A stretch of DNA of 64,000 nucleotides. It comes from Patellaria atrata CBS 101060. Its lineage: Eukaryota. How positions within the stretch are numbered: the stretch's first letter is position 1; the number at the start of each line of letters is the position of its first letter. This document shows, piece after piece, positions 12,596 to 25,294 of this stretch. The stretch lies in contig MU006106.1 of the NCBI GenBank assembly GCA_010093705.1, positions 337,086-401,085 of the forward strand, written 5' to 3'. The translations under genes were made by a program, and so were the position numbers. The notes below the pieces were generated by a model. It had not been told where the DNA came from and did no database searches. It saw only the letters and a program-made list of their open reading frames with translations.

Positions 12596-13614
12596 ATGGC
12601 TGAAATCGATATTTATTCTTCTTCTGAACGCACAGTCTGCCATAGCTCTCTCACCAGGCCACCACCTATTTCTTCAGATTATATGACAGAGGTTAGTAGG
12701 ATTGAGTTTTAGGTCACTGCGAGTCAGGATGTAACATATCATCATAGCAACAGTTCTGGACATATCCTAATGAGACATCACACGTCCAGTGGCCGTTATC
12801 AACTTTAACCTTCCCATCAAGTGACTTTGTGGAAGACTATTTTGCCATATATGATGACTCCAAGTACTTGACGGTTCCACCCATATCCCACTCTGTTGAT
12901 ACTTTACTGGATGTTCATTATGGACCAAAAAACTACCGTGGGGATTCAAGCGCATCCTTTTTTCCATCTTTCAAAGAGTGGCAACAGCGCGCAGGCTCAG
13001 AGATGGACATTCCGGGACTACTTCAAGATACAGAGCCGACAGAGCTTGCGCTCTCAGAACCACCGACCAGGCCCTCATCGAAACTAAACTCGAGGAAAAG
13101 GTCAAGATCCGAGTCCGGTTATGAACCGCCTAGTCCAGTGAGAAGTTCGAAGAAAAGGGCAAGAGCAACTCCCAAAATTGGCCGTCCATTATCTGAAGAA
13201 GAGCGTTTACTTCTAAAGCTAAAGGAGGACGAGAAACTTCCTTGGAAAGACATTATCAGGATCTTCCGAAGCAGACTAGACAAAGAGTACCAAATTCCAA
13301 TGCTCCAGATGCGATATAAGAGACTGAGAGGTCGATTATGCCAATCTGCTGATGGTGAAGAGAAAGCCCTACGACTCGCTGATCGTCATTGGGAAACTAA
13401 CAAATGGGACATCATCAGTGAAAAGGTGCGTCAAAAAATTTCAGAGTTCTATAGCGATTCTAATGTTTCATAGATGCTACAATTTGGAAGCACACACAGG
13501 TGGACGCCCAAGAAATGCGCACAGAAATGGCAGGAACTTCATTCGCAAAGTCCTGGATTGACGGTACAAATACCGGACAGCAGTCCATTTAGCTTCTCTT
13601 CAAAATCAACATAG
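12596..13614 (+). CDS. Fungal Myb/SANT-like DNA-binding protein; exons 12596-12691, 12748-13425, 13474-13614
   Basis: Two helix-turn-helix-like repeats (EEERLLLKLKEDEKLPWKDI...LQMRYKRLR; WDIISEKML..WTPKKCAQKWQEL) and a basic NLS-like stretch; splice sites give an in-frame join. Confidence 0.65.
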
Positions 13615-14030
13615 CACTTCCACATGCCCCAATCCACGATCACGTGGGCAACTGTATTCCTTTATGTATTACGAAAGTTTCCTTGCGACTTTTCGTTTCT
13701 CTAGGGCAACGTCCTATCCCTCTATCACCTTCTCTAGGTGTATTTTCTTTACTCCCTCGATAATTGTAGTATCGTCAGGAATGGCTGGTCTTCTACTCAG
13801 TTACCTGCAGGAAATGATCAGGGTATATCTTCCTGTAGGTATTGTACTTGTACGTCAATGGCGCGGTCGGTGACTCTTAAGGTCAACTGAATTCAAAATC
13901 TCGAAATTAATGTCCAAACACATAAACTTAGATTTACTACTTTCCATATGCTTCCATCCCGTCCAAACGTGTTCTCAGCCGCGAGCAATTTCTTCATACA
14001 GCGCTCTATCGACCAATCACTTATATCTCT

Positions 14031-15026
14031 TCAAGCGACAATCTCCTGCTCGCTAACCTGTACCCCCTTTAACTTCTCCAATCTCTCAAGCTCTTTTTTC
14101 TTCATCTCTTCCATAATCCTCACCCTCTCTGGAACAATCCTCTGTCTTCCTCCCTTGATCTTCCAACCAGCCAACCTGTCCTTACCCAACGCATTCAACG
14201 TCTTCCTCTCTACCAAACTATAATTCCCATCCTCTCTATCAAAGTTGAAATTCTCCCTCAGACTCACGGGTGGATTCGTGATAACCCTCACCCTCCTCAA
14301 CGGATTCTTACTAGCCGAATGCAACATCAACGGATGCAGTAAATACACATCCCCCACCTTCCCCGTCGCCTCAACAAACCCAGAACACGACCTCGCCACC
14401 TCACAAAACCACCTCAAATCCTTCTCCCTCGCAAACTCTGGATCCCTCTTCAAACTCATCCTCGGACTCACCCCCTCCGGATGCTTCTCCAGATGCTTCG
14501 CCACCTTCGCAATCCCCTCCGGACAAATCGCCGTCCCGCCCCCGCCGGACACGATATCAGTGAACAGCGGAATAACCAGCAAGCCCTGTTCCGCCGAGTC
14601 CAAAAAATGCACGAAAAAATCCCCGTCGACGTGCCACCCCTCCAGATTCCGCATACTCTCCTGCCGCTGCTCCTCCGTCTCCGGCACACCCTCTTGCTCC
14701 TGCTCCGCGGTGCCCAGGTTCACGATCAGCGCGTCCCGCCACTCGGCGAACTCGGGGGATATCTTGTCCTCGCCGCCGAGGAGGTCGCAGATCGCGGCCC
14801 AGGCTTTGGGAGCGAAGGTCGCGGCGCTGAAGGAGGTGTGGAAGGGCATGTTGGTGCGTTCGGTCGTCCAGGTCGTTTTGTCGTGGGGGTCCATGCCGAG
14901 GCGGGTCCAGAGGTTTGCGGTCACGGCGTCGGCTTGGGATTGGGTGAAGCAGGCGGGGATTTTGATGTAGCCGTGGTGGAGGAAGTGGTCGACGTCCTCT
15001 TGGGTGAGCTGTTTGTAGGGCGGCAT
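14031..15026 (-). CDS. Phytanoyl-CoA dioxygenase (PhyH)-like Fe(II)/2OG-fold protein
   Basis: Intronless 331-aa ORF with LTQEDVDHFLHHGYIKI, WHVDGD (HxD), GGGT and GDVYLLHPLMLHSAS. Confidence 0.78.
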   Translation of the reverse strand: MPPYKQLTQEDVDHFLHHGYIKIPACFTQSQADAVTANLWTRLGMDPHDKTTWTTERTNMPFHTSFSAATFAPKAWAAICDLLGGEDKISPEFAEWRDALIVNLGTAEQEQEGVPETEEQRQESMRNLEGWHVDGDFFVHFLDSAEQGLLVIPLFTDIVSGGGGTAICPEGIAKVAKHLEKHPEGVSPRMSLKRDPEFAREKDLRWFCEVARSCSGFVEATGKVGDVYLLHPLMLHSASKNPLRRVRVITNPPVSLRENFNFDREDGNYSLVERKTLNALGKDRLAGWKIKGGRQRIVPERVRIMEEMKKKELERLEKLKGVQVSEQEIVA

Positions 15027-15559
15027 CGTGGATGATGGTGGGGTTTGGGTTTTCCTTTCCTATGTGAGGGTGGTGAGAGGCTGGGGATTGACCGGGCTGA
15101 GCTTGGATATGAGTTTGACGGCCTCCCTCGATCTCATCACTGGGAGACTTTAGAGGCTTTTTTATATCCTTATATCCTTATAGCTTATACATGTATAAGA
15201 AGTCGACGGTGTGCATCTACCCCACCAGTACGTACCTATAGATCTACCGGATAAATTGGTCAGAAATGGTCTAGTTCTTCCTAGTTCAACGGGTAAATAT
15301 GAATATCAGTGCGAAAGTCTGGCGGACTACCCGATTAGGTTATCGAACTCCTTGAGGTCCGTCTCGGCTTCGGCTCGGTGTTGTCTGGTGCTCTTAAATC
15401 CGCTTCGCCACCTTCAATTCGATTAAGACATTCACTGAATTCTCAACCAAAGTTTTTAATAGCATGTTGTGTGTAATGTGATATTCCACCACTAGGGATG
15501 GACAAAAGGGGTATATAAGTCCTACAAGAAAAAGGTCATTATGGAGTATATAATATGAT

Positions 15560-16969
15560 CTAGGAAGCTCCTCGGTGCCTCCTATCCCAAACCAAATCTT
15601 TATCACTCGCATCATCCAGACTTTCCACATCCCGGCTTCGACCATCTACCTCTATATCCGTCACTCTCGCAGGTTCCAGTTCATAGCTCTGGTCCAGTAC
15701 TGTAACAACTTTGATGTGTCTGTCATCTTCTTCGTCCTTGACTTCCATCTTGGAGTTCTTGCGCGACAGTGCCTCTTTCGAAGTTACCATCTCGAACACA
15801 GTGTCAACATTCGTCGTAAGGCCCATCCCACTCTTAGACTTGTTGCGCGTGCTACGCATGTGGCCACTACCTTTATGTGTGCCGGTCATGTAGTTGTTGC
15901 TGCGTTCAGCACTGCTTCCAGGGAAAAACGTCGGCATTATTTTGGAGAGTAATGGACGCATGGCCGGTAGGCAGGCGCAGATGATGCCAACGTTGTCTTC
16001 GATGGCTGACCACATGGCTCCAGGCGCATTGTCGTACGTCGGATCGAAAGACTTCTCGATCCTGGTAAGGTTCTCGAAGCGCAGTATTCCGACTAAGCAA
16101 ACACTACAACAAAGTAAGTCTATAAGCGTGGACCTTTTTTAGAATTTGGAAGGGAGTACGGACAATCCACCAAGTCCAAACACAAACATCAGTGCATATT
16201 TCTGCTTCTTGCCTAGTTTCAATCGCTGTATCACGGGCATAGGAAGTGCGATGAGCAACACATCAAAAAATAGCTGTAAACTGGCGTTCGCATACCAGAC
16301 GGCAAATTTATTCATGCACTTGCCATCTATCGTGGAGTCCCAAAAGTAGGCGATGGGGTAGCATATAAAGATGCTGGAGAAGAAGGTCCATAAACTGACT
16401 ATGCCCAGAGCTACCATTGCGATGATGCATGATATACGCATTTTCGGCGTGGTAAAGACGCGCATATACTGCAGGATTATGGATAATTTGGTGGTGGAGA
16501 GGGATATGTTGTACAGCCATAACGTGGCCCAGAAAGGCTAAAGTTGCGCACGTTAGAAAGAAGCTCCTATTTCCGTTCTACACATGGTTTCGAAAACCTA
16601 CCTTCAGTGATCTAGCTGAATCCTCTATAGGTATATCGGCAATATGTTTTCCCATGCCATATTTGACCTCTACATATGTACAAAATCAGACTTTTGTTAT
16701 TAGGTGATCGGAGTTCCATTACTAACGTTCTCCTATCAGGCAAGTGAATGCTACCGATGTAACCTGATCGAAAGTTACCCCAGAAATTCCTTCTTCGAAT
16801 GTCAAGAAAGGAGAGTGCTTACTATCGCCGGGATGATACACCAGTCTTCTGGTCCATGGTTTTTGATGAGGAAAAAACGAGTGAACAAGCGTAGAATGAC
16901 GGTGACCAGAGCAATGACTGTGAACACAATTGATGTTGCCAAAGCAGCTTCGCCTCGAGTTAAAGTCAT
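15560..16969 (-). CDS. Pth11-like integral membrane protein (fungal rhodopsin-type domain, no CFEM); about 5 exons
   Basis: Spliced: VILRLFTRFF..GPEDWCI, YGMGKH, TKLSIILQYMRVF, CYPIAYFWDSTIDGKC, DVLLIALPMPVI, WSAIEDNVGIICACLPAMRP. Confidence 0.88.
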
Positions 16970-18624
16970 TGCGCTATTATCATCACACTACGGATTTGAG
17001 AAGGTTCTTTCTAGGAAGGGGGAATGAAAGATGTTTAAGGGTTCATGAATACGATAAGAGATAGCTTAAAGCTCCAGACTATGAACAGATCCCCCTTACC
17101 CCGGAATAAACGGCGCACATGTTGAGAGAGAAGGAACGATTTTAGATTTTCGCTCAATGTTGAATAGTTGATCATACCACTCCCTTAGAGACCAACACCA
17201 TGTCAGGAAGGGACACATCCAGGTTTTTAGGTTGTGTCAAAACATGGCTAAACTGTTTCGTTAAAGACAGTCGAGGTGTGAAAGAGGTTCGGGGATCGCT
17301 CCCGCGCCCAAAGTCCCAACGGTGATCTTTCCAACTGTGGTTCCGGGATACAGCCCATCGTAGAAGGTCGCTTCATGCAGCCCCTGGGAACAGTCTACAA
17401 CTATAAGGGCGTGGATGAAGGGATGGAGGAGAGACCTAACAAGCTGATAGCGCCACAGATCGAGGACCCAGTGGTATTCCATCGGTCTATTGGTAGATGT
17501 AGTTTTCACGAAAAGCATCGGTCGTCAGTACCTGACATCAAACGCATGGGAGGTGTGAATGATTCAGAAATGGGCTGACGGAAAATACCAAGCGAGGGGT
17601 AGTGTTTCTCCATAAACCTACGCGACTCGTTACTGTAGTCTAAGGAGGTATTCAACAGCTCGGTGGCATCTAGTTATAGGACGAAGGATGATAATAAGCT
17701 TCCTCGGACGCGATCTAGCGATGATCTAGTACGCCTCTATCGATTAGAGTCGTCTTTCGGTCTTTCGGCGATAGTCAAACCACGGGTATCCTGAAATGCC
17801 ATGTATGTCGACCACGAGCGCTCATGGGGTGTATTATATGGAGTACGGCCTGAATAGATGAGACTTATAGCTGAATTTGTCAATCTCTTTCTACGCGCTG
17901 CTGATGCTCCCATATCTTTGGACTGCTAAAATCCTCATTCCATACTCTTCAGGTAAATTTGTCTCTTGTGGCTCCGGAGAATCAGGCTTCGCATCTCCTA
18001 TCGTATTGGGTGGAGAAACCAAACCTATCGCGTGTCAAGCCCAAGTCAAAGAGATGTTCTTACAGTAGTATAAAGTTTATGTCCTTCTCAACTTTCATGA
18101 CTCAATAATTTGTTTGACGATGGTGTTGATTTGAGCGAAAATGACTTGCTGTGCTTACCTTTGACTTCACGCTACCTCAGGCTGCTCGTCTTCCATCTCG
18201 CATTCGGTAAGAACCGAGGTCTCTCGCTCAACCCCTCGTGCTCCCATATAAATCAAACAAAGCCCCCTGCAAGTTTAAAATGCATTTATAAGTAAACCCT
18301 AGATCTCTATTCGTGTCTAGACATGTTGAGGCGATGTGGATTTAAAATGCCTGCTAATTCATCTGTATTATGCCTGGCTAGCTATGACCCCTTGGACCGC
18401 AACACCCATCGGACTTCGAGGCGATCAACACCCCACTCCTGGTATGAAGGTAAGAAGGAAAACTCTAGTGGACGTTTATCGACTCAAGTAGTGCAGTTAG
18501 AGATAGTACTTCATTGCTACCCAGCTGGGAGGGACCCAGCATATCGATAACGCTCCGCTTGTCGATACTTCCATATAACAGCCACAATTTCAAGAAGAAA
18601 AAAAAAAGGAAAAAAAAAAGCGCT

Positions 18625-19665
18625 GGATTTTTTTTGGGTCATTTGCTTAACGGCTAGAATAGAAAGGTATCAATTCGATTATCTCACATCTCGTTAAAAA
18701 AACGTTAAAAGATCCATGTGCAACATAATTTTTGAGGTTAGGTAGTGAAGTTCAGTTTTCGTCTAGACTCGTGCACGCGTCGTCCAGGGCGTATTTTTCA
18801 ATATAAACACGAATTTTTTTTTTCTTGGTTGTTTGCTTCACGGTAAGAATTTAGAAAGACATTAATCCGATTATCTAACACCTCGCTGAAAAATGCCTAA
18901 GATTCATGTGCGATATAAATTTTCACTAACTTCACTTTTTCCTTTCAAGATAAGATGGGAAGGACGGGAGTTGAGATGCAAACAAAGTCACCTGACGAAT
19001 GAAGTTATATCGCCTTTATCTATATAAATATATATAGAATACGCATTTTCATTAACTTCACTTTCTCCTGCAAGATAAGATAGAAAGGACGAGAGTAGAG
19101 ACGGGAATGGAGTAGGCCGAGTCACGTCGCCCTACCCTCTTTTCAAATATAAACGCACGAAATTTTTTGGTCATTTGCTTAACCGTTAAACTTAGGATGC
19201 AATCGACTCGAATATATAAGATCACCTAGAAAAATGTCGAGGATTGATATACGATACGAATTTTCGCTAACTTCACTTTTCCCTTTCGAGATGATAAGGA
19301 CAAGAGTAGAGACGCGAACAAAGTCACGTCGCGGCTAGTGTAGAAATACCAAAGATCCACGTATTTTCAGATTTCACTTTCTCCTTTCGAGATAAGATGG
19401 GAAGGACGAGGGTAGAGACGGGAATGAAGTCGCGTCACCTAAGCCCTTTTTCGATATAACCCTCGAATTTTTTTTTTTAGATTTTTTTTTTGGTCATTTC
19501 CTTCACTTTTAGCGTGTCAGGAAATCGGTATAGATATCTAAGCTTCCGCTGGAAAACGCTGAAGATTGATGTGCGGCATGAATTTTCATATAACTTCACT
19601 TTCTCTTTCCGAGATCAGAATGGGAAGGAGGAGAGACAGAAACGAAGTCATGCCGACGTACTTCT
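18625..19665. repeat. Degenerate higher-order tandem repeat (~320-340 bp period, built from two modules)
   Basis: Module Y (TAACTTCACTTT..TTTCGAGATAAGATGGGAAGGACGAGAGTAGAGACG) at ~18927, 19053, 19268, 19370, 19591. Module X (TTTGGTCATTTGCTTAAC) at ~18633, 18825, 19167, 19490. Confidence 0.85.
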
Positions 19666-20089
19666 CATCTGTTCACGCATTCGGATAAAAGAAAGTTTAC
19701 ACGTAAGGTACTTGAGCTTCAACTCCATAACAGACAAACAGTTCAAAGCCAGAAGAGTAATCATTCAATTCAGGTAATTCTCAAGCAAAGTATCGACCCG
19801 AACCAAACAAAACGGGGAGGAGGGTATGTCGAATCTCAAGAAAATTCCCAAAGCTAGAAGCGGGTCATTAAAAACTCCCCGTGTCCCAAACCGGATGCAT
19901 ATTGCTGTACAGATAACCCACCACCCTATGATCTCTTCATGATCCGATCCCAGGAACCCTTCCTCGGGAACGATGCAAAATATCTCGCTGGAATCATCAG
20001 TAGTCACTCAACATAAAGTCGTACAATCTTTCCGTCCCGTCCTGCACTCCGTCTAATGATGCTCACTCCTCACCCCCTTTTCATCTTTC

Positions 20090-21113
20090 TCAACCATCCG
20101 TCAACTTATCCAACACGATAATACTCAAAATCATGACTAACAGTCCGATCGTCACGACAATGAACAACACGAAGCCAAACCAACCGAGCACCATCGCACT
20201 GGTACCCACCCCGCTCTTGACGCTCCCGTTACCCAGATCCTGGGCAATCGTCGCAGCAGCCACGGAGGCAGTATGCTGCCACAACACTGATACGAGGACG
20301 AAGATACTAGCGATGAAGATGAGCGCGAGTGCGACTTGCGAGACGGGCCGGGAGGGGAAGGGCTTGACGTCGATGTCGGAGCCGGTGGCTGCGTTGGTTT
20401 CCTCGTGCCAGCCTGGGAAGGTAGCCAATAATACGAAGGTAACGAATGCCAGAATTATAGCAACGATACTGTGAGAGGAAAATATTAGCACATGTTCTTG
20501 TTGACGGATAAATGGAAGCGACTCAAACTTACATCAAGTATGGAAAGACGATGCTGTCTTTGAATGTACTCGCGACCCAAATCAGATTCAAGGGATCCTG
20601 ATCGATACTCTGGCTCTCCGCCAACGCTGTTGCGTTATTGCTGCAAAGCCAGCCACCACCCTCGTTGTTGACGCAGATACCGAAGTACCCAACGCGCACC
20701 TCCATCTGAGCACCACCGACGATGTTGGCGATGGCGGCAGTCACGCCCGGGTCCACTTGCGCAGTGCTGTACGTTGGCACGTAATTTTGATAGTACATCG
20801 ATATTAAGAAGATGCCGGGGATTAGGGGAGAGCTACTTGAGCAACCGGCCAGTAGGAGTGCTGTTAGGGAGTAGTGTTAGCAGATTTGTTGGATGCGCAT
20901 TAGTAATATGGAGACTTACAGAGTAGTATGATAGCTATTGCTATCAGGATCATGAGTATGTGATGATATCCTAACCATGGTACCCATCCTAGGATTACAC
21001 GTTAGCACGTCTGCTCTTGATTTGACCCCTTTACTTCCTAATTGCGGTTTGTGTGGGGATGAATTATATGTTGACATACTTTGTATGCTAACTGCAAACC
21101 TTAGATTTGCCAT
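20090..21113 (-). CDS. FIG1: Ca2+ regulator and membrane fusion protein Fig1 (claudin/Sur7 superfamily); 4 exons
   Basis: Spliced: LGYHHILMIL..SLLLAGCSSSSP, VRVGYFGIC, DPLNLI, VKPFPSRPVSQ, LWQHTASVA. Confidence 0.88.
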
Positions 21114-22509
21114 TGTGAATGTGCCTCGTCCTTTCCACCTATGTATCTCTTCTCAATGTCTCCCTACGGCTCCCGAAGGGCCGGGAGAGCTTGTCGTTGG
21201 AATGCAACTGCCCGTGGGAAAGGATATCCAATTGCTTGGAAGTCGGGTTGAAGAGGAGGGGGAATGTACGATCGTTGAAGAATGTAGTAAGTCGTCGGGC
21301 AAGAAGTCGGGGAATGTAGAAGTCGCAAGAATGGATGGTATGTAAGTTCGTGTCGGTAGTGAACAACTGCAGACGATATGGTCAGAAGAAGTGCGTTTCT
21401 CTAAATTGGTAAGAGGGAGAGAGAGGGAGATGTAGCTTCGATAGTGTATTCCCCTAGCAAGACTTCCCTTTCGCAGACAAAAGACCAGAAGAATTGAGGT
21501 GGTTGAAAGATGCAGCGAAAAAGTCAGAGGCTGGTGGTAGTAGTGGCTGGGTCTTGGTGAGGTCAGGGCCGCTTGTTTACTGCAGGTTGGGGGAGCAACT
21601 CCAATCGGCATCGCGCGGCTGCTTCCGGGCTCCTAAATCCCAGCCACTACAAGCCACCGACCTCTTTTTTGTCTTACGCGACGCCAAATTGTCCGCGTTT
21701 CCACTTTTCATCTCGCCCATGTCACTTGTCAACGTGTCAAAATACATATACAGAACTCACCTTAGAAAATCTGCCTTGGTCCGTCGCGATGTGCTGTCTA
21801 AAATCACTTGACACTCTTTCTACACGGCTGGAGCTTTTGCGACACCAGAATTGCTACTTCATTCCAGTTGACAAGCGCATGGTGCATTGTATATTTTTTT
21901 TTAACGTCGTTACGGTACCATCCAGCTAAATTTGCTACTGTTCGACATGATGCTTGCTATGTCGATTGATGAACACGAATCTGCAATCTCTGCTTCATAC
22001 CTTGAAAGCGGCTTTATCCAACGGAGCACAAGTCTAAAAGTATTCGTTTGTGGTTTACCTCTTTATCTCTTCAAAGGTTAACAAAGGGCGTACGGGTAAG
22101 TAAGCCATTGGTAGCTACCTTATGGGGTACTTGTGTTCATACTCATAAGCAGTGTGGTGATGGCAAGACTCATCTTCAAGAGTCATCGTCTCGATACAGG
22201 TGTCGTTAAATCACCCAGCTCGACTGGTGAAATGAGCCTCCTTGTCTTACCATCTGGAAAAGTAGACAGGAATGAGAGGAATGAGACCATTAGGCTACAA
22301 GTGGGCGAATGTTCAAAGCAAGCCATATGAGATATATCACAATGGAGTTCAAAAGAAGCACAAAAGGTTTGTAGATGTTTTTATTAATTCTTTACTTGAT
22401 TGGTATCTTAGTGTACAATAGGAGATAGCCCGCTGCAGTAGCTGACTGTATCATAACCTCATCAGATGTATCCGACAGTTCGACAAGAGGAATCTAGTTA
22501 GGAGAGCCT

Positions 22510-22904
22510 CTAGTGCTTATCCATGCCGACAAGGTTCTTGGCCTTGTCGACGAGGGACTCAGAGGCACCACCGTGAACTTCGTTGTCCTTGGAACGGCCC
22601 ATCTTGTCACCGATCTCCTGCGTGGTAGACTTGTTGGAGTCGGGAGCACCACTGTTTTTAATATTAGTGTGAGTTCGTGAAGGGAATAAGAGCGGGGTAA
22701 AAGCATACCGAGCAAACTTATCGGTAGTATCAGTAAAGCCCTCAGAGATCTTGTCGGTGGTGGACTTGGAGCTGTCGGGAGTCATGCTCTCCTTAGCCTC
22801 TGTGGATGAATAATCAGTATGGTGAATGAAGCCGAGAAGAGAAGGGAAGGGAAGAGAAGGGAAGACGAACTGGTTGAGAAATCCTTGCGACCGGTATCAG
22901 ACAT
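22510..22904 (-). CDS. HSP12: Heat shock protein 9/12 family; 3 exons
   Basis: MSDTGRKDFST/KAKESMTPDSSKSTTDKISE...PDSNKSTTQE. Confidence 0.92.
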
Positions 22905-23055
22905 GATTGTTGATTTGTTGATTGAGTTGGAAAGGTTTTGATTGTTTGAGTGGTTGTGTTTGATGTTTGAGTTGCTTGTGTTGATGGAGAAAGGAGAGAG
23001 AGAGAGGATAAAAGATGAGTTCTTAAGTAGTACTTTTCAAAAGCTGGTAGAGAGA

Positions 23056-23063
23056 TACGTCAT
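23056..23063. promoter_or_regulatory. CRE-like (ATF/CREB, AtfA-type) site upstream of HSP12
   Basis: TACGTCAT about 150 bp upstream of the ATG; a second ATGACGTA at 23520-23527. Confidence 0.45.
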
Positions 23064-24395
23064 TCAGTCAGGTGTTGACTGTTTGCAGAAGGTAGCCCCT
23101 TCTTTAGGTCATCATGCTCATACAACCGCAACTGCTCCTCAGGTTCCATGACGAGACTTCTTTGAACTTGCCCCACGTCTGCTTTCGGACGTTTCACAGG
23201 TCAGGTGTGTCTCGTAACTGTACACTGTCGTCATAAATCCAGACCTCACCTTGGGCGACAGTCCGTTTCCTAGGTTCCTGAAACTTGGAAGAGGCGTTTA
23301 TGCACATGAAAGTCGAGACGGGAATGGCTAATGAATCTGATGCGATAAAGTGGTTTGGCACCGGATCATGATGGGAAATGCAGAAAGGACAAAGGATATG
23401 ACATCATGGGATTTTGTGTCCCGCTAAATACCGATGAGGGCTTGTTGACGCTGCGCACGTGAGAGTCTATACCCCCGCTGGGCTCGACTGCGATTCATCA
23501 CCCCTCATGCGCCACAAATATGACGTAGAAAAACAGCCTGACATCGGACGGGAAGCTCACGCGAACTATAACAGGTTCCGTGAACAAGCAGTCCCTAGAG
23601 TATCCTACCGAGGTTCCAAATAAAGAAATATCTGAAAAATATCAATAACCTCCTAACCCACTTCAATGCCTAGCAATCATTGCCGATCTCTACACCTCCG
23701 TAACCTCCCGCAACTCTTTTAAAGCTTAACTACGTCAATTATCAAATGACCATCCTAAATTCTTGTTGCACCTGCAGTAGTATTGTGGGTATCCGGGCCG
23801 CTGCAGCATAGCCACATGACAGGCACACCTCCCACCACTGCTTTCGGTAGGTGGGAGGTCGCGGTAAACGCGTCGGAGCTGTGAGGAGGGTGGGTTTCGA
23901 TATAGAATCAAAAGAGTACGTGACAGAAAGCCTTGTTCGAAGAGTATGGTCTGGTACGGAGTACAAGTACAATGTCCGTTAATCACAGTTGAGAATGTAT
24001 ATGTTCGCCACATGTCGGATGACCAGCATAACTTCCAAAACGAGAACATGGGATATCGACCTTGTTTGCAACTTTGCGATCCAAGGAAGAAGGGGAAACA
24101 AGCAATCGATCACCGGAAAGAATTTGCTGTGAGTTCGAATACTGTTTGGCGTACCTGATTTCAACGGTGACGCATGCCTGTTCATATTCGTGCTTCTATT
24201 GGGACATGTAAAGTTTGGCGGGCGTCTCATAGTTGCCTTCTTGCTGCCCAACACATGTGATATTTACAATGTTCAAGTGCGTCATAACGACCAATGCAAA
24301 AAGGCTGATGATGGTGAAGGGGAAACACAACGGTTCACATTCACAGTGTGTTCAGAGTTTGTCTCGATATGATTCAAAGATTGTAAAGAAACAAA

Positions 24396-25294
24396 TTATT
24401 TTGTTACCTGTTCTAACCCGAAACTCTTAAGTTCCCTTTTGCTTTTCTTCCTCATCACCACCAAGAACAAGATGACAATAGTCAACAGGATCGCAGCTAT
24501 CTGCGCTAGACCGGTGTACCACGAAACGGACTACAATTCAAAAGATTAGCTCTCCAGAATCCTCTGTCAGTCCGCATGATAACGTACCTGAACATTACAA
24601 AAAGTCTTAAAATCGACATCGTCCTCGAAAATCCCCTGAATCGCCCTCGCAGCATCCGAGCACGTCCAACCCCATAAATCATCCACCTTTTTCTCCTTCC
24701 TGTACAAACTCGCCGCAACAATCCAAACGATCAGATTACCAGCCATCACCACCCATGTGAAGGTGGTGGTGACATACGTCGCCTTGTTCGCCGCTTTTAC
24801 ACTCTTCTTATATGATATCAAGGTTATGAGGTAAAGGATGACCGTTACAGCTGCTACACTGAAGTACATGTACGTTGGCCACACTTTAGAGTCTTGATGC
24901 CAGGGTGTACGCCGAATCATGGAACCATCAGAACGCGATACTGCTTTCCGTGTATGCCTAGTGGTGAGGAACTTGTGAAGGGTTAAAGCTTGCGTGACGA
25001 GTGTCGCGATGGCGAGTAATAGGCCGACAATACGAGATATAAGCCTTAAACGGCGTATACGGGCTTTGAGTGCCTGTAGATCGGGTTCAAGTGTCAGTAG
25101 TATAATTGTCGAGCACGAACGACCACATATGGGTTGCTAGCGCGTACCTGGTCCTCCTCCAGCGATTGATGGATATCAGTTGAGTCGCTGCGATACATTG
25201 AGCTTCCATTGCCGTCACCGTACAACTGTTGGTAAGGTCCCGAGGGCTTTGGAGCAGTCAAACCTTCCGAATTATAATATGACTGAGCAGCCAT
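24396..25294 (-). CDS. Conserved fungal hypothetical multi-pass membrane protein; 3 exons
   Basis: Spliced: IRRLRLISRIV, RTPWHQDSKVWPTY, DLWGWTCS, FCNVQ/SVSWY; about 4 hydrophobic helices; canonical splice sites. Confidence 0.72.

Noticed and set aside
14245..15035. Long antisense ORFs (14245-14970, 14481-15035; similarly 26845-27573, 31808-32524, 38363-39115, 49482-50024)
   Set aside because: They are shadows of real genes on the opposite strand, caused by codon/GC bias or repeats, and show no independent family motifs.
18625..19665. Repeat array as a CRISPR array
   Set aside because: Eukaryotic context, long degenerate units, no constant repeat/unique spacer pattern and no cas genes.
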